A stretch of 44,740 bases of DNA from a virus (Duplodnaviria; Caudoviricetes): the IMG/VR virus record IMGVR_UViG_3300011438_000008, positions 1 to 44,740 of that record; one strand, 5' to 3'. Below are positions 38,171 through 44,740 of the stretch, in pieces. Position 1 is the stretch's first letter. Each line of letters starts with the position of its first letter. A program made the position numbers and the translations under genes. The notes beneath the pieces are model-generated. The model was not told where the DNA came from and did not search any database. It saw only the letters and a list, made by a program, of their open reading frames with translations.

Positions 38171-38194
38171 TCGGTGGAGGTTAACCGAATTTTT
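38165..38194 (+). terminator. Hairpin/pseudoknot plus T-tract closing the array
   Basis: TTCGGT (38170-75)/ACCGAA (38184-89), then TTTTT. Confidence 0.5.
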
Positions 38195-38524
38195 ATGAAA
38201 ACATCAGAAGAATACGAAAAGGAAATAGCTCAATTAAAGGCCGAACTGGAAAAATGGAAACAAGCAGCTAGGAAAGTAGCGGGTGATTGGGAAGAAATGT
38301 ATCGAGAAGCTAAGGCCGAACGGGATAACGTTTTGAAACTTGCTAATGATAGAAACGAAGAATTGATAAAACTCCGCGCCGAACTTGAAGAATCAGAACA
38401 TGAGATTAAGAGCTTAGGTAGTTTATTAGTTGAGGTTCGCGCCGAACGGGATAAGCTGAAAGAGGAAATCGAACACCTAAAAGGGCGCATCCAATTTTGG
38501 ATTAGGAAGGGACAAGAAACGTGA
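38195..38524 (+). CDS. Coiled-coil protein with repeated (K/R)AE(R/L)(D/E) units
   Basis: Likely start ATG 38195; GCCGAAC recurs four times. Confidence 0.7.
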   Translation: MKTSEEYEKEIAQLKAELEKWKQAARKVAGDWEEMYREAKAERDNVLKLANDRNEELIKLRAELEESEHEIKSLGSLLVEVRAERDKLKEEIEHLKGRIQFWIRKGQET

Positions 38525-38543
38525 AATCTTACCTTGAAAACAA

Positions 38544-38693
38544 ATGAAAGAACCAAAAGACAAAACGTATTACGTGCTGATTGAAGGTAAGCCAGTTCGG
38601 ATACGCGCTCCAAAGAAACCAAATAAGAAGCTCATGAAAGCACTGACGGCTATGGTTAAACTGGCATACAACACTAAACTAAAGCACCAATGA
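38544..38693 (+). CDS. Hypothetical 49-aa basic protein
   Basis: Hand translation; ATGA-coupled to next gene. Confidence 0.5.
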   Translation: MKEPKDKTYYVLIEGKPVRIRAPKKPNKKLMKALTAMVKLAYNTKLKHQ

Positions 38694-39292
38694 ACCAACA
38701 TGCCATCTGGATACTGTCCATTGCTCTTTTGCTTTCACTTGTGGGTCATGTTGTGACTTGGAGGATCCGGGACAATGAGAGGACTAGACAACTTTTGGAC
38801 ATCGGCGAAGCGAAATTGACCATCGCCACTAAACAGGCCGAGATTTTAGGCAGGGATACGCTAATTCAAGCGCTGCAAACTAAGGTGGTAAAAGATTCAG
38901 CTAAATTTAAAGTGTCTCAGAACGCAGCCATACGCGAAATAAAGGTATACAAGGTTACGATAGCCAAACTCAGGCCGTTGTTGCAGGCAAAAATTGATTC
39001 ATTTCCTGACTTACGGGAGTTTGTAGCCGCCCAGGATTCGACCATTGACAACCAACAGGCCCTAATTCAGAGCCAAGAGCTTCATTGTACCCTACAGGTG
39101 CGCAGTTTGCAGCAAATCATAGCCCTAACCACCCAACAGTTCGAAGCACAGAAGCAGATAACCGCCGCCGTGACGGAACAGCTTGCAATAAGCACCCAGG
39201 AAACCCGAAAAGAACGTAGAGGTAAGAAGTTTTGGCGCGTCTTGGCGGTGGTCGGTACGGTAGGGGGAATACTATTGGGGGCTAGTCAGTGA
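38690..39292 (+). CDS. Membrane-anchored coiled-coil protein (spanin-like)
   Basis: N-term TM, long coiled coil, basic patch plus hydrophobic C-term. Confidence 0.5.
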   Translation: MNQHAIWILSIALLLSLVGHVVTWRIRDNERTRQLLDIGEAKLTIATKQAEILGRDTLIQALQTKVVKDSAKFKVSQNAAIREIKVYKVTIAKLRPLLQAKIDSFPDLREFVAAQDSTIDNQQALIQSQELHCTLQVRSLQQIIALTTQQFEAQKQITAAVTEQLAISTQETRKERRGKKFWRVLAVVGTVGGILLGASQ

Positions 39293-39492
39293 AACGAACA
39301 TAGTGACAGTAAACTATGGAAACCGTGTAACCGCAGTTTGTACGGTAGATGTTACAAACGCATCTGAATGGCTTGTGCTTGATATCAATAAGAACCCAAT
39401 TATCAGATGATTCGTGAAAGGTGTTTTCTCAAGGGTTGTCATACTTCCTGCTAATGCCATAATTTTTTTGTTTAAAGTTAGTCAATTAAATG

Positions 39493-39699
39493 TTACTGTA
39501 CCTTTAACCTGGGTAAGTCAACGTAAGCCCCGCCGAAGAAAAGGCTTAGGATAACGATTAAGGCTATTACAAGTAGAATAACCTTCACAATCTTCGCCAC
39601 TGGGTCGGCTACTGCCAATAATCCCATTATGTACTGAACGACATAGTAGATCAAAGCGAAGACGATTACATAGATCAATAATGTGATTAATATGCTCAT
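39493..39699 (-). CDS. Two-TM membrane protein (holin-like)
   Basis: Two hydrophobic helices; in lysis module. Confidence 0.6.
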   Translation of the reverse strand: MSILITLLIYVIVFALIYYVVQYIMGLLAVADPVAKIVKVILLVIALIVILSLFFGGAYVDLPRLKVQ

Positions 39700-40112
39700 T
39701 GTTTTATGGGTTTATCGCCGTTTGTTGGTGTTGGTGCCCCAAGTGTTCCGTCAAGCTCATCACTTTTATTCGTCTTAAAGTCCACAGCCTTTCTAAATTT
39801 ACTCTTTGCAACACTCATTGCCTGAAGGATAACGTAAGAACCAGAGAATCCAACGAATACAAATATAGATTTTATCTTCCCTAATATCCGTTCATCAAAG
39901 TCTAACCACTCGTCAGCCAAATACACAAGTGCAAAAGACGAACCAGCATCCACAATCAATGCCCATTTATCATCCTTGATATACTTAGGTATTGAAAACT
40001 CTAAATTGGCTATTTTATGATCAACTGCGAGTGATCGGATTTTGAACCCTATGTGGAGTAAATTACCGATTAGGCAAGCTAATACACATTGGAAGTAAAT
40101 TTCGTGTGTCAT
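39696..40112 (-). CDS. Putative holin (about 3 TM)
   Basis: Hydrophobic segments, charged C-term, follows endolysin. Confidence 0.55.
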   Translation of the reverse strand: MTHEIYFQCVLACLIGNLLHIGFKIRSLAVDHKIANLEFSIPKYIKDDKWALIVDAGSSFALVYLADEWLDFDERILGKIKSIFVFVGFSGSYVILQAMSVAKSKFRKAVDFKTNKSDELDGTLGAPTPTNGDKPIKQ

Positions 40113-40633
40113 GTGTTAAAGGTTACGGTTATAGGCCCATTTATTTGGATGAAGCCAAGTATTTTCAATCCGTTATCTACAGACGCGAGTACCTTTCGTT
40201 GATTCCTTGCTACTATAAAACCTTCACGTGATCCCTTTCCTTTAGTTGTGTTGCCCTCTACGCTGTCGAATTGCCATGTGTCAATTACTGAGACAACTAT
40301 TCCGGCATGTCCAGTAGTTAGTGGTTTTCCCTCTTTGTAGTTCTGCCATATTGCTAAATGGTTTACTCTAGGAACATTACTAACTGGGTATGCGGCATCT
40401 CTAAAGTTACGAAACGTTTGAATAGTTGAAGGGGAAAATAGTTTATCAAGCGATTCAGCACGTTCAGGATAGCAGTTTTTAAACACTACCTTAGCAAACA
40501 CTGAACACCACGCCCATCCTGTTTGCCATCCTTCCTCGCGCATCTCGGCTTCAAATATAGGATCTAAGAACCCAGCATTGCCAGGTTTTTCCATTTGCCC
40601 TAGATAGGTTAATGCATTTTCAGATGGACTCAT
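40109..40633 (-). CDS. Endolysin, CHAP domain
   Basis: WAWCSVF, GHAGIV, SVEGNT. Confidence 0.85.
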   Translation of the reverse strand: MSPSENALTYLGQMEKPGNAGFLDPIFEAEMREEGWQTGWAWCSVFAKVVFKNCYPERAESLDKLFSPSTIQTFRNFRDAAYPVSNVPRVNHLAIWQNYKEGKPLTTGHAGIVVSVIDTWQFDSVEGNTTKGKGSREGFIVARNQRKVLASVDNGLKILGFIQINGPITVTFNT

Positions 40634-41207
40634 ATTTTCTACTATGACCTGTTTTTATAGCTGATACGTACTTTTCACTGACCCCAAAATTCTCTGCTAT
40701 TTCACGCCCTTTGATACCTAGAAGCAATTGATACTTTAAATCCTTTATTTGCTCAGTTGATAACTTTGACGAATAATGGTTCTCTCCTTTTGCATACCTG
40801 ATTTTCTGGTTTTCTCTACCATGTTTCAGGTTATCCAATATAGTACTCCATTCAAGGTTCCAATCGTTGTTATTTGTTTTATCTAAATCCTTATGGTTAA
40901 TAGTTGCTAACGGAAACCATGAATCATACTTAAAGGCAAACCCAACCAGGCGATGCACTAATTTTCTATGCCTAATTCCATTTTGCATAAGATTACAGGC
41001 TACATACCCAGCAGCATTAATAAACGTAGACAGTATTTTTGTCTGTCCTGTGTGGTTAAAGTCTGTCGTCTTAACCCGTCCGTCGTTAGATACGAAATAC
41101 TTATCATATCCGTCGATTTGTTTCCATTTTACCATAAACAAAGATAGTAATAATATCGTCAAAACCAACGATACCATGTACTTTCTGGCTACTTCACTTG
41201 GCGTCAT
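40620..41207 (-). CDS. NUMOD4-HNH endonuclease, in frame with a relic endolysin N-terminus
   Basis: WKQIDGY..VSNDGRV; VHRLV..INHKDLDKTNN..NLEW; probable own start 41135. Confidence 0.85.
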   Translation of the reverse strand: MTPSEVARKYMVSLVLTILLLSLFMVKWKQIDGYDKYFVSNDGRVKTTDFNHTGQTKILSTFINAAGYVACNLMQNGIRHRKLVHRLVGFAFKYDSWFPLATINHKDLDKTNNNDWNLEWSTILDNLKHGRENQKIRYAKGENHYSSKLSTEQIKDLKYQLLLGIKGREIAENFGVSEKYVSAIKTGHSRKYESI

Positions 41208-41461
41208 TCTTTCTTTTCTCCTTGTGCCCTTGCCTTCTCTGTGGCGGTGGCTAAATCTTTTGTGGTCTGTAAAAGTTGTGTCATGTGCCCATTAGTGAGC
41301 CGATGGTTTTCATCAAGTTTCGTTTCAATTATCTCCACTTTTTTATTCGTTCTACTATTCACGTATACAACAATGACAGGCGTGACTACAGCAGAAATCA
41401 ATGCGATCAAAGCCATCAAAACATCTTTTGTATTTGCATCCATTTCATTGAGCCTTATCAA
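41204..41461 (-). CDS. Single-TM protein, lysis module
   Basis: TM followed by H..TNG.M coiled coil. Confidence 0.6.
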   Translation of the reverse strand: MIRLNEMDANTKDVLMALIALISAVVTPVIVVYVNSRTNKKVEIIETKLDENHRLTNGHMTQLLQTTKDLATATEKARAQGEKKE

Positions 41462-41792
41462 ACAGTTGCTTAATGCCTAAAAATATTGCGATCACCGTAC
41501 CCACTATTCCTATGATTGAGAATATTGTTTTAGCCACATCCGTCCAGCTAATGGTAAACTTTCCCCTGTTATCCTGAACTATTTTTTGCCAGCGCTGTAG
41601 GTGTTGCACATCCTGGCATAGTTGGTTGATAGCTACTTCAGCTTCCTTTTGCTTGGAAATAATTCCATCAACACCCATAGAAATAGAACCGCGTAACAGA
41701 ATAAGAATCTCCGATAGTGTCTTATCCTGCCGGTCAAGATGTTCCATTATAGTTTCCATCTCATCTCTTTCGCTGTTAAGCCTTTTACCCAT
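41445..41792 (-). CDS. Coiled-coil plus C-terminal TM protein
   Basis: Architecture typical of first lysis-module gene. Confidence 0.6.
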   Translation of the reverse strand: MGKRLNSERDEMETIMEHLDRQDKTLSEILILLRGSISMGVDGIISKQKEAEVAINQLCQDVQHLQRWQKIVQDNRGKFTISWTDVAKTIFSIIGIVGTVIAIFLGIKQLFDKAQ

Positions 41793-41834
41793 TAGGTTAT
41801 TTTTCTATCTGGTTATGCTTGCGCCGTACCTTTT

Positions 41835-43829
41835 TTAATCTTGAAAGTAAATAAGTCCATACCACGCCGGGATTGATACCGGATTACTAAAGGCCGCCCC
41901 AACATAATCACTATATCCACCGGGGGTGTTAAAATTCACAGGTGAATCCGTCGGATTCATTTCTACTAAAACATCGTCAGCGTCTGGAGTAACTTTGTAG
42001 TTCGTTCTCCCTGTCGCTGCTGCGTCGCCTGAAATATACGTTCTCCACTGAGCCAAAGTCATATCCGTAAAAGCCCCCCCGTTGTTCTGTGATCTGTTAT
42101 TAATATTCACTCCGTAAGGATGTACATAATGATTGTTGTTTATGGTAGAGAATGGGTTAAAGGTTGCCAAATTGTTAGCATTCTGAAGACTCATACACCT
42201 CCCGGCAGATGATTCCGAAACTAATATATTCCCTGTAGCCACGCAGTTTTGACAAGTGTTAAAGGGGAATGCTGGATCTGGGTTAGTATCCTGTCTTATC
42301 TGAATTTGAGCTATCGTCGCTCCGGTGACTAAATTATCTGTAAATGTATGGGCTGTACTGTGCGTATTACAGAATATTCCGTAGTATCCGGGATTTGAAA
42401 TTGTATTCATATTTAGCGTGTTGTCATTCAACCCCGCGTCCATATAAATACCAGCCACTAAAGTTACGGCCCCTGAAGTTATCCCCTCCGTGTTATTGGT
42501 AACATTGCCATCGTAAATAATATTGTTTTCTACTAAGTTGTCAGCGGTTGACCCCACAAATCCATTATTGTAGTACAGATGGATTCCTCCACCATCGGCC
42601 CACTTCAAACAATAGGTATAAATTTCATTGTAACGGACTATGTTATCATTACCAAATAACTGAATACCCTGGTATCCTACATTGTAAATTTCATTATGTT
42701 CTATTACCCCGTTGGCAGGAAGTATCACTGATAAAGTAAGATCAATTAACGGGGTAATCCCTGTTCCTCCAGTTTTATGAGCATCAAATGGATAGCCGAT
42801 ATTTAACTGTACTCCTATGTCGTAAATTTCACTATTAGTAATACTATAACCCTGCACCCCTCCTAATTCTACTCCTCGTAGTCCGCAGTTGTGTATCGCT
42901 ACATTATCAACCTCAAAATTAGTAGTATTGTTACCAAAAGCTCTTATAGCATTACCACGATTAGCTTGTATTTCACAATTCAGAATTGAACAGTTTGAAG
43001 AGTTCAAAACATATACACTGTGTTTGAAATAGTGCTTATAATCCACTCCATCGGAAGTAAAATTTGAAGCGTTTGAAACCTCAAAACAATAGTCCTGGTT
43101 TATAATTCTTATGCCTCTTGCGGTTGGGTCAGAGGCAGCTTTTAAATAAAGCCTTTCCGTTAATGTATCATAAGACCAATCCGCATCCTCTGTGGCGAAC
43201 TGCTTTTGCCCGTAAAGTTTTATAGGCATTCCTACGGCAGCCCCCACTAAAGATCCAGTAAAAGTTATATTACCATTTGATGAATTGTATCCTGTGACCG
43301 TAAGTACTTGAGACGCGCGAAAACTAAATTCTTTAACTACTATTTTAGCGCCTATGATTGAACTCATTGCGTTTATTGTGGCCGCCGTAACTCTTCTTAC
43401 TTGCGCTGAAGGAACAGCTGTTATCGCTATCCATGCGCTCTCGCCTTGCCTTAATAAAACATCCCCTTCTACTACCCATTTAGGTGCTGTTGCCCCGATG
43501 GTAGAGTACCAATACCCATCACCGTTATTTACCCATGTACTTACAGGACTTGAGCCTCTAATAATTGGATTTGCCCCACTTCCAAAGGCAAGAACTTGGA
43601 TGTTATTTAGGTTGCTAATAGAAAAACCTCCGAGATAAAAAGTGTCACCCTTGTTAAAGTAAATTCGGTCTCCTGGGAAAAGTAAGGAAGGGTCCAAAAG
43701 GGAGATAGGCCCAGGTGTTCCACTTGTTGTTCCATCTCCAGTTCCAGACGTAGAGATGTACCAATCCCTGGCCTCCACAGGGGGGCTAGTTTCACCCACT
43801 AAACCGTTTATGATTAAACTCTTTAGCAT
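41835..43829 (-). CDS. Tailspike/depolymerase-like right-handed beta-helix protein
   Basis: WYISTSGTGDGT..PGDRIYFNKGDTF; DGGGI, GIYMD; Asn ladders. Confidence 0.75.
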   Translation of the reverse strand: MLKSLIINGLVGETSPPVEARDWYISTSGTGDGTTSGTPGPISLLDPSLLFPGDRIYFNKGDTFYLGGFSISNLNNIQVLAFGSGANPIIRGSSPVSTWVNNGDGYWYSTIGATAPKWVVEGDVLLRQGESAWIAITAVPSAQVRRVTAATINAMSSIIGAKIVVKEFSFRASQVLTVTGYNSSNGNITFTGSLVGAAVGMPIKLYGQKQFATEDADWSYDTLTERLYLKAASDPTARGIRIINQDYCFEVSNASNFTSDGVDYKHYFKHSVYVLNSSNCSILNCEIQANRGNAIRAFGNNTTNFEVDNVAIHNCGLRGVELGGVQGYSITNSEIYDIGVQLNIGYPFDAHKTGGTGITPLIDLTLSVILPANGVIEHNEIYNVGYQGIQLFGNDNIVRYNEIYTYCLKWADGGGIHLYYNNGFVGSTADNLVENNIIYDGNVTNNTEGITSGAVTLVAGIYMDAGLNDNTLNMNTISNPGYYGIFCNTHSTAHTFTDNLVTGATIAQIQIRQDTNPDPAFPFNTCQNCVATGNILVSESSAGRCMSLQNANNLATFNPFSTINNNHYVHPYGVNINNRSQNNGGAFTDMTLAQWRTYISGDAAATGRTNYKVTPDADDVLVEMNPTDSPVNFNTPGGYSDYVGAAFSNPVSIPAWYGLIYFQD

Positions 43830-44596
43830 TACTCGTTAGTATTTATTCGCCAAGATCCATATACAGCCCTATTATTAGACCCTGTCCACGCCCCTGCGGC
43901 TACCGTTACATAAGCTGACACAGCATTCGCGTTTGCGGCTACTATAATTATTCCCGGTACCGTGGCCGCTACAGCGTTGTTAACGAAATAAGGCATTAGG
44001 TATCTTTGATTTGTTTGGGCTGTAAGTGATAATGGTAATGTAAAAGTTACCGTTGTCCCTGTTCCTGTTCCAAATGTATTTGTATAAAATGCTAAGTCAA
44101 CAAATCCTAATCCTCGTTTGAATAGATAAGTACCAACAGGATCAACAGTGAATCCAGTCCATGTAAGAGCATAGGCGTAATACATTCCCTGATCGAAACT
44201 TATAACATCCCAACTTCCAACACCCGCAGTAACGCGCGCAATTAGTGTTAAATAACCTTTCGTTGTTATGGCCAGAGTAAGTGCATTATTTAACTTCTCA
44301 GTTCCCGATCCGTCGATGGTAACTAGCTTACTTAACACAGCAATGTCAGCATCTCCTGCAAAAAGGATCATCTTCCCTTCATTACCTACCGCTGTCGGGA
44401 GAGTAATCGTATAGTCTGCCGACGTTCCTGAGCAGTGATGCCACTTCCCGAAGGCTGAATCGTCTAAAGTTGTAGTCCCTGTAACCAGTACTTTGGTAGT
44501 AGTTTCTATCGAGGCGTATAGCTCAATGGTATTGTTCTCCGCGGCTTCCCTGAAAGCTGTACGCGTCATTAAATTAGTAAAAGGTGTTCTAGCCAT
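43829..44596 (-). CDS. Tail fibre protein
   Basis: N-term RTAFREAAENNTIELY anchor-like; TITLPTAVG..G module; TFTLP tip-like C-term. Confidence 0.65.
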   Translation of the reverse strand: MARTPFTNLMTRTAFREAAENNTIELYASIETTTKVLVTGTTTLDDSAFGKWHHCSGTSADYTITLPTAVGNEGKMILFAGDADIAVLSKLVTIDGSGTEKLNNALTLAITTKGYLTLIARVTAGVGSWDVISFDQGMYYAYALTWTGFTVDPVGTYLFKRGLGFVDLAFYTNTFGTGTGTTVTFTLPLSLTAQTNQRYLMPYFVNNAVAATVPGIIIVAANANAVSAYVTVAAGAWTGSNNRAVYGSWRINTNE

Positions 44597-44599
44597 ATC

Positions 44600-44740
44600 T
44601 TAAAAATAAGTTTCGTCATGCCATAATCCGTCATCTTCATCAAAATACGCCTCATCGTGCCACAATCCGTCGTCATCTGGAAAGTAAGCTGCATCGTGCC
44701 ATAATCCGTCGTCGGTGTTCTGATCAACCTCATCGGCCAC
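44600..44740 (-). CDS. 3' part of the junction-spanning DDGLWHD-repeat protein
   Basis: Stop TAA at 44600-44602, 3 nt before the ATG at 44596. Confidence 0.75.
   Translation of the reverse strand: MADEVDQNTDDGLWHDAAYFPDDDGLWHDEAYFDEDDGLWHDETYF
44618..44740. repeat. Terminal direct repeat, copy 2
   Basis: Identical to 1-123. Confidence 0.95.

Noticed and set aside
39314-39460. 48-aa minus-strand ORF behind a TAACTTTA box
   Set aside because: Plausible but has no motif or coupling; insufficient support.
40620-41207. Group I intron in the endolysin
   Set aside because: Only ~40 nt between the relic start and the HNH core and none after it; no room for a ribozyme core.

Overview
Apparently complete, circularly closed genome (~44.6 kb; bases 1-123 recur exactly at 44618-44740) of a long-tailed dsDNA phage. 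The host is probably Bacteroidota, judged from TAnnTTTG promoters, A-rich non-Shine-Dalgarno translation starts, a Gln-after-cleavage signal peptide and acidic lipoproteins. The minus-strand arm encodes an Arc-like regulator, TerS, TerL, a frameshifted tail chaperone, tail genes, tape measure, an HTH protein, ClpP/scaffold, major capsid and major tail proteins. These are followed by a ~6.4 kb glycosyltransferase/methyltransferase island, portal, adaptor, several fibre/adhesin genes with triple-repeat micro-adaptors, and a lysis module with an HNH insertion. The plus-strand early arm encodes a ParB-like protein, a truncated Bet/RecT, an SSB-like protein, an HNH, a helicase and a DNA methyltransferase, plus a ~460 nt structured non-coding region. 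I recognised no integrase, polymerase or primase. The most striking feature is a stand-alone RAMP/Cas7-like gene (37514-38089) followed immediately by 18 consecutive pentamers that all start with GY (38081-38170) and a 3' hairpin, a candidate non-CRISPR RNA-guided system. Removing the constant GY from the pentamers gives a string that matches the neighbouring gene (12/12 and 15/16 nt). All product calls come from motif recognition by eye; no searches were run.
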